This document shows, one piece after another, positions 1 to 9,441 of a stretch of DNA of 64,000 nt. Made by a program: the position numbers and the translations under genes. The first letter of the stretch is position 1. Each line of letters starts with the position of its first letter. The notes under the pieces are model-generated. The model searched no databases. It saw nothing but the letters and a program-made list of their open reading frames with translations, and was not told the origin of the DNA. This DNA is from a virus (taxonomy: Duplodnaviria; Caudoviricetes): IMG/VR virus record IMGVR_UViG_3300028603_000032, positions 15,785-79,784 of that record. One strand, 5' to 3'.

Positions 1-1
1 G

Positions 2-187
2 AAGTGCTACTTCTTCCATCGCGATGCGATCGGAAGTGCCTTCGATTCCGGTGAGGGCCTGAACACGGCGGTGGGCTACGATGACGAGCAGGACTACTCC
101 TACGCTCGCGCATCGTCGTTCACGGGCGCGAAGCTCCTGCAGCAGAACGGCATCGTGCAGTTCCTGCATGACGCCTCGGCCATCTGA
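2..187 (+). CDS. Major capsid protein, C-terminal fragment (5' end outside window)
   Basis: Frame 2 reads KCYFFHRDAIGSAFDSGEGLNTAVGYDDEQDYSYARASSFTGAKLLQQNGIVQFLHDASAI*, resembling podovirus capsid C-termini; sits directly upstream of the tail module. Confidence 0.7.
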   Translation, partial: KCYFFHRDAIGSAFDSGEGLNTAVGYDDEQDYSYARASSFTGAKLLQQNGIVQFLHDASAI

Positions 188-204
188 GAAAGGAGGACCT
201 AACC

Positions 205-471
205 ATGGCTTACAAGTCTGACAAGCTGAACCTCCAGTCTCAGTCGATCGCGGGTGTCCGGCACTGGTCCTATACGGACACGGGCTCGGCACTTGCTGCC
301 GTGTCTGACGCCGGCTTCTTCTCCGATGGTCGCACCAAGGGGATGAAGGTGGGCGATGTCGTGTTCTTCACGAGCGCCGGCGCCACCCCCACGTCTGACA
401 CCTTCGTCGTCACTGACGTGCAGGCCGACGATACCGGCGGCCAGTACGCCTCTGTCGGCGATACGGGCTGA
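205..471 (+). CDS. Small virion protein (capsid decoration-like), 88 aa
   Basis: Strong RBS AAGGAGGA; follows the capsid gene; 3 DTG motifs. Confidence 0.65.
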   Translation: MAYKSDKLNLQSQSIAGVRHWSYTDTGSALAAVSDAGFFSDGRTKGMKVGDVVFFTSAGATPTSDTFVVTDVQADDTGGQYASVGDTG

Positions 472-489
472 TAGCCTTCACACGAACGG

Positions 490-520
490 GGCCGGCGCGA
501 TTGTCGCCGGCCTTTCTCTT
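490..520 (+). terminator. Rho-independent terminator after capsid operon genes
   Basis: GGCCGGCG-cgattgt-CGCCGGCC followed by TTTCTCTT. Confidence 0.6.
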
Positions 521-543
521 CATCCACAATCTGAGGGAAACTC

Positions 544-1008
544 ATGTCGACCGTTGCTGCGGCCGCAAAGCCGGCCCGTGTTGTCAAGTCAGAAGCCGCC
601 GCGCCCGCGAAGCCCGAGCAGATGCTCCGCCAGGTGCAGCCCCGCAAGTTCTCGCCCTCCACCCTGCAGTCCATGGGCCACGATTACGACTGGCTCGCCG
701 TGACGGTGCCGGGCGACTGGACGTTTGCCGACGTGATGAAGCCCATCGCATGGTCGAACGTCTGCACGATGGTCTCGCGCGATGCGCTCAATACCCGCCG
801 CGACAAGATCGGATCGTTGATCTATGCGCGCTCGCCGAAGTTCCTCGCCATGCTGGAGATCACGGGCGTCACGCTCGACCACCTCGGCAACCCGAACGGG
901 CTCAACGTCGAGTGTATCGGGCCGAGCGTGGACATCAAGACGGGCGAGGCACGCCCCTTGAACCGGAAGACCCGCAAGGCTTGGGCAGACGAGCCGGACA
1001 CCGAATAA
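544..1008 (+). CDS. Hypothetical phage protein, 154 aa
   Basis: RBS GAGGG, GC3-rich codon usage, position in structural operon. Confidence 0.65.
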   Translation: MSTVAAAAKPARVVKSEAAAPAKPEQMLRQVQPRKFSPSTLQSMGHDYDWLAVTVPGDWTFADVMKPIAWSNVCTMVSRDALNTRRDKIGSLIYARSPKFLAMLEITGVTLDHLGNPNGLNVECIGPSVDIKTGEARPLNRKTRKAWADEPDTE

Positions 1009-1019
1009 GGAGCGGAGCG

Positions 1020-1256
1020 ATGGGCGGTCTCTTGCGAGGCAGGAAAATGAGCGTTCCGGCAGAGCGTGAGCCGAGCCGGCCGCGTCCGGTTCGCTTGCCG
1101 ACAGAGACCGATCCGTCGGCCCTTGCCGCATCACAGAGGACACGTCAGGCGGCGGCGCAACGGAGAGGGCGGCTTTCCACTATCCTTTCCGATGGTGTGC
1201 AGGCCAATCCAGAGAAGGCCACAACCGGATCGTCCGGCGTGAAGCTGGGAGCATAG
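1020..1256 (+). CDS. Small virion-associated protein (MGG-start type), 78 aa
   Basis: RBS AAGGAG then ATG 1020 (MGGLLRGRK...RRGRLSTILSDG...KLGA); it is the 3' part of track ORF 501..1256. Confidence 0.55.
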   Translation: MGGLLRGRKMSVPAEREPSRPRPVRLPTETDPSALAASQRTRQAAAQRRGRLSTILSDGVQANPEKATTGSSGVKLGA

Positions 1257-1259
1257 GAC

Positions 1260-1901
1260 ATGGTTTCCAAGCTGGAGATCTTCAACGCGGCTCTCGACGA
1301 GCTAGGCCACGAGATCCTGAGCGATACCGGCGAAGGCAACAGGGCGGCGCAGGTTCTGGCGAGGCTCTATGACAAGGTGGTCGCGGACTGCCTTGCGGAA
1401 GGTTCGTGGAACTTTGCCATGGAGACCATCAAGGCGGAATCGGACACGGGCGTCGAGCCAGCGTTCGGCTTCAGGCAAGTGTTCGCCAAGCCGTCGGATT
1501 GGGTCAGGACGTTCGCAGTTTCAGAGGACGAGTATTTCACTTATCCGCTCCTGCACTACTACGACGATGCCAACTACTGGTCGGCGGACAATTCCCCGAT
1601 CTATATCCGGTACGTGAGCAACGATACCGGGCTTGGATTGGAGATGAGCCGCTGGCCGGCGGCGTTCCGGCGCTTTGTGGAACTGGAGCTCGCCGCCCGC
1701 GCCTGCATGCCAATAACGCAGAACGCATCCTTGAGAGAGGATGTGGAGGCGGCACGCGACAAGGCACGGAAGAACGCGAAGTCACACGATGCGATGAACG
1801 AGCCGCAGCCCCGCTTCCCGCCTCCATCACCGTGGACGCAGGCGAGGGCCGGCAGGATGGCGCGCGGTGATCGCGGCAGTCGTGGCAGATTGATCGGGTA
1901 G
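1260..1901 (+). CDS. Tail tubular protein A / adaptor (T7 gp11-like)
   Basis: N-terminal SKLEIFNAALDELG, WNFA, YQ-type P-D-W motif (FAKPSDWVR), size 213 aa, position before tubular B. Confidence 0.75.
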   Translation: MVSKLEIFNAALDELGHEILSDTGEGNRAAQVLARLYDKVVADCLAEGSWNFAMETIKAESDTGVEPAFGFRQVFAKPSDWVRTFAVSEDEYFTYPLLHYYDDANYWSADNSPIYIRYVSNDTGLGLEMSRWPAAFRRFVELELAARACMPITQNASLREDVEAARDKARKNAKSHDAMNEPQPRFPPPSPWTQARAGRMARGDRGSRGRLIG

Positions 1902-1906
1902 AAACC

Positions 1907-4900
1907 GTGGCAAGAACCAATGTCCCGCTACTTGCTCTGAATCGCGGCCTTGTATCCCCCAAGGCTCTCGCACGCGTTGATCTTGACCGCACCCGCCTTT
2001 CTGCCGAGGTGCAGACCAACTGGCTTTCGAACACCCAAGGCGCACTGTCCCTCCGCCCCGGTACGAAATACATGGGGTCGGTGGCTTGCGATACCGGAGC
2101 GGAGCTGATCGAATTCGTAGCGTCAACAGACGATGTGGCTCTGCTTGAACTCACCCATGATACCGGCTCCGGTCAAGGAAGAATGCGCGTGTGGCTGGGG
2201 GATGACGCGCATAACCTGCAACTCATGAAGCGGCCTCACGTCGATACACATGTGAGCCTGTCGGATACCGGATGGGAGGATGCTAGTCTGGGTGGCTCCA
2301 TCACCGTAAGTGGTTTTGATCTAATCCCCACGATGGTCGATCAGACAACTTCTGGGGTTAGCATGACGGCATCATCCACTGTGGATGATGAATCAAGCGC
2401 GTGGTCTGCTGGAGATGATGATGTCGACTCGTTGTGGGTATCAGATGATGACCCTCCCCAATGGCTGAAAGTCGATCTAGGTAGCGCACAACAGGTTTCG
2501 AGGTATTCGATAAGAGCTGTATCAATCCCCGAAGGCATCGGAGCAACGCCGTCTGCCTGGACCTTTCAGGGGAACCATTCGGATACGGGATCTGCAGGAA
2601 GTTGGACCACACTTGACACGGTGTCTGGTCAGTCGTCCTGGGCGGTAGGCCAGAAGCGCACGTTTAACATAGGTTCTCCACAGCAGTTCCGTTTCTACCG
2701 CTGGAATATAACGGCCAATGCTGGTGGGTATCCAGTGGTCGCCATTGCTGAGGTCGAGTTGATAGGTCAGGCAAGTGGCTCGTCTGACCAAGGCACGTTC
2801 AACCATGGTAATTTGATTTTGAATGCAGTGGCTCTTGGGTCGGTTGCTCGGGTCAGGAAACGCGTCATCGTTGACACTGGCGATCTCGGATCAGAACACC
2901 AATTGTCGATTGATGTCTCGCACGGCCCCGTCACATTCAGGATCGGCTCATCTGCCGGTGATGATGATTACGTGTCGGAAGCGATGCTCGCCACAGGGCA
3001 CCATTACCTCGCCTTCACGCCCACAAATGATTTCCATATTACCATTCAGAACGACAAAATTGTTAACCGTATCATTGATGGCATCAGTATAGCCGACAGC
3101 GGGGTAACGGCTATACCAACACCATGGTCCGCAGATGATCTCGATGACATCCGCTACGACCAGTCTGCCGATGTCGTCTATGTCGATTGCAGAGGTGTCA
3201 AGCCGCACAAGATCGAGCGCCGCGGAGTTGGCAGGTCATGGTCTGTCGTGGAGTATGACCCGAATGATGGTCCATTACTGACCGCACCATCGTCCTCTGC
3301 GAAGCTAAAACCCAACGGTTATTACGGCAATATCAAGATCCTGTCGGATGTCCCGTTCTTCCAGTCTGGTCATGTCGGAGCTCTCATCCGAATGTTCCAT
3401 TCCGGCCAAAGTGGAGTATGGCCGCTCGGAAACCTCGACACGACGACAGATCCGATCGAGGTAACGGGGATCGGCGACACCGGAACGGACAACGATATCG
3501 ACAACGAGCGCCGCATCATTTTCGATGTGTCCGGGAGCTGGTCGGGCGAGATCACCATCGAGAGATCATTCGATGGCCCCGAGTTCGGATTTCGACCGAT
3601 TGTTCCGAACCTCGGCACGCCGATCGATACGGGCACGTTCACGACCACAATAGACGACCCAGATGACAATATCAGTGCATGGTATCGCGCGAAGATTACT
3701 TCTTATACCTCGGGCGTTGCTGTGGTCCGCGTCAGCTACAAGGGCGGCGGTACGACGGGGATTGCTAGGATCACGGGCTACAATTCTAACCAGGAGGTCG
3801 ATGCCGAGGTTCTCTCCCGTTTCTCCGATACCGGCCCGACGGACAACTGGCAGGAAGGATGGTGGTCGGATCGCAGGGGTTATCCGACGGCAGTTTCCCT
3901 GCATGGCGGCAGACTTTGGCATGCCGGCGGGGCTACCGTGTTCGGCTCGGTTTCCGACGATTACGAAAGCTTCGACGAGTCGGTCGAAGGTGATGCCGGA
4001 CCTATCGTCAAGACGCTCGGCTCAGGTCCCGTCGACAGCGTGCATTACATCGTCTCCTTGCTTCGTCTGATCATCGGCACGGCAGGGGCGGAAATCGCCG
4101 TTCGCTCGTCCTCTCTTGATGAGCCACTGACGCCGACCAACTCCAACGCGATCGCCTTCTCGACGCAAGGCTCCGCCCCGCTCCGCGGCCTCAAGATGGA
4201 CACCCGGTGCATCATGGTGCAGCGATCCAGGCAACGCGTGTTCATGCTGGGAGCCGGAGTGCAGGGCGCATCGTTCGGGGACTACGAAGGGCTTGAGCTT
4301 ACGCTGCTAGTTCCTGATCTCCTGAACGCCAGGGTCAAGTCCGTCGCGATCCAGAGACAGCCTGATACCAGAATTCACTTCGCCCTTGAGGACGGCAAGG
4401 TTGCAATCCTCACCTACGAGCCGACCGAGGAGGTGATCTGCTGGTATCTGTGGGAGACGGACGGAACAGTCGAGCGCGTAGCAGTGCTTCCGGGTATCGA
4501 GGAGGACGCGGTATTCTATCTCATCCGCCGCGAGATCAACGGCCAGACGAAACGCTTCATTGAGAAGTGGGCCAAGGAATCGGAGTGTGTCGGGGATACT
4601 GGCCTGACTTGGCTCATGGACGCGGCCGTTTCGTACACCGACACCGGCCGCACCAACGTGATCTCAGGGCTGGATCACCTCGTCGGTGAAGAGGTCATCG
4701 TCTGGAGCGACGATACGGGCAGCATTCCCGGTGTCGACAGATCTCCTGATATCGACGGCTTGCAGCGCACCTATACTGTGGACACGGGCGGTAGCATTAC
4801 GCTCGACGCAGACGTGCATCATGCGGTCGTGGGACTGCCTTACAGTGCCACGTGGAAGAGCACCAAGCTGGCCTACGCGGCCCAAGCCGGGACCGCCCTC

Positions 4901-5185
4901 AATCAGGCGAAGCGCGTCCCGCAGATGGGCATGATACTCCACCAGACCCACGCGCGGGCTCTCCAGTACGGCAGCGATACGGGCGGGCCGCTCGACTCAT
5001 TGCCGAAGATGTATCGTGGCAAGGCGCTCGATCCGGATCATATCTTCCGCTCCTACGACGAGGTAGCCATCAGCTTTCCGAGCGGATGGGACACGGATGC
5101 TCGTGTCGTGATCAAGGCCAAGGCACCACGTCCCGCCACCATAATGGCCCTCGTGCCGAGTATTCAAACTAATGAAAGGGTGTGA
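1907..5185 (+). CDS. Tail tubular protein B / nozzle (T7 gp12, P22 gp10-like) with inserted F5/8 type C (discoidin) domain
   Basis: N-terminal LNRGLVSPKALARVDL, GYPTAVSLHGGRLWHAG beta-propeller motif, C-terminal PRPATIMAL; discoidin motif PQWLKVDLGSAQQVSRYSI...FRFYRWNIT. Confidence 0.8.
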   Translation: MARTNVPLLALNRGLVSPKALARVDLDRTRLSAEVQTNWLSNTQGALSLRPGTKYMGSVACDTGAELIEFVASTDDVALLELTHDTGSGQGRMRVWLGDDAHNLQLMKRPHVDTHVSLSDTGWEDASLGGSITVSGFDLIPTMVDQTTSGVSMTASSTVDDESSAWSAGDDDVDSLWVSDDDPPQWLKVDLGSAQQVSRYSIRAVSIPEGIGATPSAWTFQGNHSDTGSAGSWTTLDTVSGQSSWAVGQKRTFNIGSPQQFRFYRWNITANAGGYPVVAIAEVELIGQASGSSDQGTFNHGNLILNAVALGSVARVRKRVIVDTGDLGSEHQLSIDVSHGPVTFRIGSSAGDDDYVSEAMLATGHHYLAFTPTNDFHITIQNDKIVNRIIDGISIADSGVTAIPTPWSADDLDDIRYDQSADVVYVDCRGVKPHKIERRGVGRSWSVVEYDPNDGPLLTAPSSSAKLKPNGYYGNIKILSDVPFFQSGHVGALIRMFHSGQSGVWPLGNLDTTTDPIEVTGIGDTGTDNDIDNERRIIFDVSGSWSGEITIERSFDGPEFGFRPIVPNLGTPIDTGTFTTTIDDPDDNISAWYRAKITSYTSGVAVVRVSYKGGGTTGIARITGYNSNQEVDAEVLSRFSDTGPTDNWQEGWWSDRRGYPTAVSLHGGRLWHAGGATVFGSVSDDYESFDESVEGDAGPIVKTLGSGPVDSVHYIVSLLRLIIGTAGAEIAVRSSSLDEPLTPTNSNAIAFSTQGSAPLRGLKMDTRCIMVQRSRQRVFMLGAGVQGASFGDYEGLELTLLVPDLLNARVKSVAIQRQPDTRIHFALEDGKVAILTYEPTEEVICWYLWETDGTVERVAVLPGIEEDAVFYLIRREINGQTKRFIEKWAKESECVGDTGLTWLMDAAVSYTDTGRTNVISGLDHLVGEEVIVWSDDTGSIPGVDRSPDIDGLQRTYTVDTGGSITLDADVHHAVVGLPYSATWKSTKLAYAAQAGTALNQAKRVPQMGMILHQTHARALQYGSDTGGPLDSLPKMYRGKALDPDHIFRSYDEVAISFPSGWDTDARVVIKAKAPRPATIMALVPSIQTNERV

Positions 5186-5776
5186 CTAAGTAAGCCAACC
5201 CCATATTTTTCGCCTCTTTATATCTGATACGGTCCTAGGACTAATTCCGAATTGTCCAGCTATGTTTCTAATGGGAACACCTTGCGAGATCATGTACCTG
5301 ATCATGCATACGTCGTCCTTGCGCAACTTTGATGATGCGACTCGTTCTCCTCTCAGTATGGTGCCATGTCGGAGCGCATCGGCAGAGTTATCTTTGCTCG
5401 TCCCCCAACGTAGGTGTTTGGGGTTCACGCAAGCAAGATGTCCGTTTCCGCAAGTATGTAGAGCTTCGTGCGTAGGCGACGGTGGCGCGCCGTGCGCGAG
5501 TTCGCACATATAACGGTTTGCTCTGAAATGCTTACGGTCGACCCAAAGATCGCCGTATCCCCAACTGCATTTGGCAAATGGCCACAGCAGGCAATCGTTA
5601 CCTTTGTAGGTGGCGTGGGAGATGAGCCAAGCGAGGGGGGCTCCTTTTGGCGTGGCCGTTCGCCCGGCTAGGGGGTCTCCGTATTTGTGCCATTTTGCCC
5701 AGTGCGGGTTACAGTAACTCTTGGCGTAATGCGGCTTGCCACAGCCTTCTACAGAGCATATGCGTTGGGAAGCCAT
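5186..5776 (-). CDS. HNH homing endonuclease (N-terminal Cys-rich motif, HNH core, C-terminal HTH)
   Basis: CSVEGCGKPHYAKSYCNPHW; ALHTCGNGHLACVNPKHLRWGTSKDN HNH motif; antisense within tail operon; lower GC. Confidence 0.85.
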   Translation of the reverse strand: MASQRICSVEGCGKPHYAKSYCNPHWAKWHKYGDPLAGRTATPKGAPLAWLISHATYKGNDCLLWPFAKCSWGYGDLWVDRKHFRANRYMCELAHGAPPSPTHEALHTCGNGHLACVNPKHLRWGTSKDNSADALRHGTILRGERVASSKLRKDDVCMIRYMISQGVPIRNIAGQFGISPRTVSDIKRRKIWGWLT

Positions 5777-5851
5777 TCTCGAACCTCGCTCGTTCGGGTT
5801 TGGTTAGAACGCGCCCAGGTCTGACCACCTGCGGCGCGTTCGTCATTATAG

Positions 5852-6241
5852 GTGAACGAAAAAGAAACATCAATGAAAATGGTCATCATCCGCACCGCCA
5901 CAAGAGAAGACATCGACGCCTTCTCCGACATGGCAAACAAGCCCACTATCCGGGCGCTTGTTGCTGAAATGGATGGGCGGGTTGTCGCCATAGCCGGGGC
6001 GGCTCTGGCAAAAGGTCGGTGGTACGCCTTTGCCGATCTGCCCGAGGAAATCCGTCCCTACAAAATGACGATCATGCGGAACGCGAAGCGCTTCATCGAG
6101 GATCTTCGACGGCAGGGCGTCAGGTTCCTGTACGCGCAACCCGATCTGAATGAGCCGAAGGCAGTCGCGTGGCTATCGAGCCTCGGATTTGAACCAGACC
6201 CGCGTTCTGGGGGAATGCTTTACCGCTGGAGTGCGAAATAG
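5852..6241 (+). CDS. GNAT-fold internal virion/assembly protein (T7 gp13-like); alternative start 5873
   Basis: Size and position after nozzle gene; C-terminal AVAWLSSLGF typical of this GNAT-like family. Confidence 0.6.
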   Translation: MNEKETSMKMVIIRTATREDIDAFSDMANKPTIRALVAEMDGRVVAIAGAALAKGRWYAFADLPEEIRPYKMTIMRNAKRFIEDLRRQGVRFLYAQPDLNEPKAVAWLSSLGFEPDPRSGGMLYRWSAK

Positions 6242-6244
6242 AAG

Positions 6245-6814
6245 ATGGCAGAACTGGCAACAATAGCGATGATCGTCTCGACGGCCGCCACGGCGGCCGG
6301 AACGATTGTCGGCGCTCAGGGCGCTCTGGCGCAAGGCAAGGCGGCCCAGGCGGCTGCTGAATACAAAGCCGAGCAGCTCGACATCCGCGCCAAAGAGGAA
6401 CAGGCCGCAGCGCAACGTGACGCGCAGGAGCTCCGTCGTCGCAAGGATCTCGCCCTTTCCGAGTTGCAGGCCAAGTCTGCGGCGTCAGGATTCTCTGCCA
6501 CCGATCCCACATCGCTTGCCCTTGCCGATGAAATCGCCCGCTACGGGACGATGCAGGAGCAGATGGCGATGTACGGCGGGGCATCACGGCGAAAAGGCTT
6601 GGAGAGCGAAGCCTTCGCCAGTCGTTTCGAGGGAAGGATGGCGCGGCAGGCATCCAAGTACGATGCAGCCTCGACCATACTCGGCGGGGTTTCGACCATA
6701 GCAGGGCGGTTCGCGCCAGCTCCCGGAATGCCAGCCCAATCGAGCTACAGGTACGGCGTCAGTGCTCCGCTGACCGGATGGGAAGCTACAGTCACTCGGT
6801 CTAGGTACGGTTGA
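6245..6814 (+). CDS. Internal virion / DNA ejection protein (T7 gp14-like)
   Basis: Ala/Gly/Gln-rich, hydrophobic N-terminus, AASG..TDPTS motif, synteny. Confidence 0.65.
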   Translation: MAELATIAMIVSTAATAAGTIVGAQGALAQGKAAQAAAEYKAEQLDIRAKEEQAAAQRDAQELRRRKDLALSELQAKSAASGFSATDPTSLALADEIARYGTMQEQMAMYGGASRRKGLESEAFASRFEGRMARQASKYDAASTILGGVSTIAGRFAPAPGMPAQSSYRYGVSAPLTGWEATVTRSRYG

Positions 6815-6818
6815 TAAG

Positions 6819-9281
6819 ATGGCAAAGCTTCCCTCCCGCGAGTCTCTTGGCGGCATGCCCTCGGCGCGCTCCGGTCGCGCCATCGCCACCATAGACGCCA
6901 CTGCCCCTGCACGTGCGATGCAGCGGTTCGGCCGGACCATTGCCGGCGCCGGCCAGGAGATAGGCGATGCCATCCTGAAACTGTCCCAGGACCCGGCCGC
7001 CGAATACGAGACCGAACGCCGGTTCCAGGAGTTCAAGTTCCAGCAGCAGCAGCAGCTTGAAGAGCGCATGCGCTCGGTCCAGCCTGGGCAGGCCGACGGG
7101 TTCGCCGACACGTGGGCTGACGGGTACGGCGAGCAGGCGCGCGGATTTTTCGAAACGGTCCCGGACCGCCTCAAGCCCAAGTACGACAACAAGCTGTTCG
7201 GCGTGGAACGGGATTTCTACCGCAGCGCGGCGACGTTCTCCCGCAATGAGCAGAAGCGGTTTTCCCTCGCCAACCTCGACGACGATGTCAAACGCCTTGC
7301 GCTCACGCCTGATCTTGACACTGCGCGGGCTGACTTCGATAGTCTTATCAATCTCAATCCCTATCTCACCCCGATCGAAAAGGATGAGGTGCGCCGCAAG
7401 GGGCTCGATGTTCTCGAAGAACAGAATCTCGAATGGCGCATCAGGCGGGGCGATGATCTGGATGAAATTATCCGGGATCTGGAAACGGGCGGGATGCCGG
7501 ATCGGGATCCGGCTGGCCGTGTCAGCGAGAACGGTCTCGATTTCATCCGCAAACAGGAAGGCTTTACGCCTGTCGCGAAGTGGGACTTCAAGCAGCATTC
7601 GGTCGGCTACGGAACACGAGGAAAGCCCGGCGAGAGGATCACCGTCGAGGAAGCCGAGCGCCGGCTCCACGTGGAGGCAGGTGCCGTTTCCGACTGGATA
7701 GAGAAGAAGGTCAAGGTGCCTCTATCGCAGGAGCAGCACGACGCGTTGGTGTCGTTCGGCTTCAACCTTGGCACAGGCAATCTGGAGAAGCTGCTTCCCG
7801 ATCTGAACGAAGGCAACTTCGAGCGTGTCGCCGAGCGCATGCTGTCGTTCAACAAGGCAGGCGGCAGGACGCAGGATGGGTTGCGGCGTCGCCGTCAGGA
7901 AGAGGCAATGCTGTTCCTGAGCAGCAGTGAGCCCATGCAGGTCGCACAGGCCCCAACGGCGGGCGATGGAGCGCGCCTCCCCTCTCTCGGCAAGTATCCT
8001 AACCTTTCTCCACAACGCCGCTCGGCCCTGATCAACAAGGCCCGTGTTGCCCGCTCTGCCATTACCCAGCAGGAACTCAGGGACGACGAGGAGCGCATTC
8101 GCAGGACGGGTGAGCCTCTGGTCGGACCCGATGGCAAAACGTCACTCGACCGGGCGAAGACGTTCCTGACCAAGAACCAGGTGGACCAGGCGCGTATATC
8201 TTGGGACGAAGCGCGGATGGAGTACGAGGCGATATCGCCGTTGCGGTCGCTATCGGAGCTTGAGGACGAGGACGGAATGAGTGATGTGGACCGCCACATT
8301 GCGGCGCTGTCCCCGGATGAAAAGGCGCCAGAAGAATCGTATGCCTCACGGGCAAGGGTGCTCGACAAGACACTGGCAGCCTGGAAGAAGATCCAGGAGG
8401 AGCGGCGCAAAGACCCGGCCAAGGCCGTCAACGACCAGCCTGAGGTTCGCGATGCCTTCGAGGTGGTGCAGGCCCGTGTCCCGGAAGCCACGATCGTCCA
8501 GCATGATGACGGTGAGCTTGATGTCGAGGTCGCGGAAGGCCAGCCCGCCGTCAGCGCGTTGAAGGCGCAGGAGATGGTGATGGAGGCTCGCCTTCAGGCT
8601 CAGGCGCGGCTCGGCATCCCGGAGGTCTATCGTTCTCCTATCACACGCAAGCAGGCGAAAAAGCTGCTCGACATGCCTGATCCTGCTCTGCTGAACGACA
8701 AGGAGTTCTATGACAAGCTCCGGGCGGCGGCTGATGCTTCGGAGGAAACCTACGGTCCCCGCTTCGGCCGGCAAGCCTTCGAGTCGGCAGTTCGCTTCAA
8801 GCTGCGTGAGAAGGAGCACAAGGATACGGCTGCCGGCGTGATCCGACAAGTCGTTTGGGGTGAGCCTGTCACCCAACGCGACATCAACCGTCTCCGTATG
8901 ATGAATGAAATCGATTTATCCGACGCAATGTTCTCTGACCCGTTTGCATTCACTGGACCGCGTTCAACACGCGGTGGAGTGCGGCAGATCGAGGATCTGG
9001 ACGCGATAGGGCGAGGTCCAGAAAACCAATTCCTTCCAGCGTTCGCGATGGAGGAGACGGAACGGCCGTTCATCTCGCCTGAGTTCGCGCGGGATACGAT
9101 GCCTGCAATTCAGGAGTATCAGGCGAGACAGGCAGCAAAACGTCCGACCCCAGCGCAGATCGAATGGGTCAGACAGGACCCGAAAAGCCGCCAGCCTATT
9201 TTCGATATGGAGTTCGGTCGTGGGGCGTGGGCGCGCTTTGCGAACGAGCCTGCCGATACCAGCCGAGAACCTTCTCGATAA
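6819..9281 (+). CDS. Internal virion protein with GH24 (phage lysozyme) domain
   Basis: LDFIRKQEGF...SVGYGT...QHDALVSFGFNLG...FNKAGG...GLRRRRQEEAMLF lysozyme signature at about aa 240-370. Confidence 0.8.
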   Translation: MAKLPSRESLGGMPSARSGRAIATIDATAPARAMQRFGRTIAGAGQEIGDAILKLSQDPAAEYETERRFQEFKFQQQQQLEERMRSVQPGQADGFADTWADGYGEQARGFFETVPDRLKPKYDNKLFGVERDFYRSAATFSRNEQKRFSLANLDDDVKRLALTPDLDTARADFDSLINLNPYLTPIEKDEVRRKGLDVLEEQNLEWRIRRGDDLDEIIRDLETGGMPDRDPAGRVSENGLDFIRKQEGFTPVAKWDFKQHSVGYGTRGKPGERITVEEAERRLHVEAGAVSDWIEKKVKVPLSQEQHDALVSFGFNLGTGNLEKLLPDLNEGNFERVAERMLSFNKAGGRTQDGLRRRRQEEAMLFLSSSEPMQVAQAPTAGDGARLPSLGKYPNLSPQRRSALINKARVARSAITQQELRDDEERIRRTGEPLVGPDGKTSLDRAKTFLTKNQVDQARISWDEARMEYEAISPLRSLSELEDEDGMSDVDRHIAALSPDEKAPEESYASRARVLDKTLAAWKKIQEERRKDPAKAVNDQPEVRDAFEVVQARVPEATIVQHDDGELDVEVAEGQPAVSALKAQEMVMEARLQAQARLGIPEVYRSPITRKQAKKLLDMPDPALLNDKEFYDKLRAAADASEETYGPRFGRQAFESAVRFKLREKEHKDTAAGVIRQVVWGEPVTQRDINRLRMMNEIDLSDAMFSDPFAFTGPRSTRGGVRQIEDLDAIGRGPENQFLPAFAMEETERPFISPEFARDTMPAIQEYQARQAAKRPTPAQIEWVRQDPKSRQPIFDMEFGRGAWARFANEPADTSREPSR

Positions 9282-9426
9282 CGAGCAGGTTGGCGACCAT
9301 CACCGGAACGGTGAACCAGCCCGCCGCCCACTCGCTGAATCCTAGAGCCTGAAAGCCCTGAAGGGCCAGCACTGACGGTGTGATCATCAGCACCGCCAGC
9401 ATGATGTGTTTCACCGAAATTTTCAT
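9196..9426 (-). CDS. Possible small two-TM membrane protein, antisense (76 aa from MKISVKHIML)
   Basis: Two hydrophobic stretches; fills the gap between two ejection genes; overlaps the 3' end of 6819..9281. Confidence 0.3.
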   Translation of the reverse strand: MKISVKHIMLAVLMITPSVLALQGFQALGFSEWAAGWFTVPVMVANLLVIEKVLGWYRQARSQSAPTPHDRTPYRK

Positions 9427-9441
9427 CAGAGCCTGCCACGC

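Noticed and set aside
501-1256. 251-aa ORF as one gene
   Set aside because: Its 5' part shadows 544..1008; only the 3' part from ATG 1020 has an RBS and protein-like sequence
205-5185. DTG enrichment as a DNA-level motif (GAYACNGG site)
   Set aside because: Synonymous codons vary and the copies I traced are all in the coding frame, which favours selection on the protein
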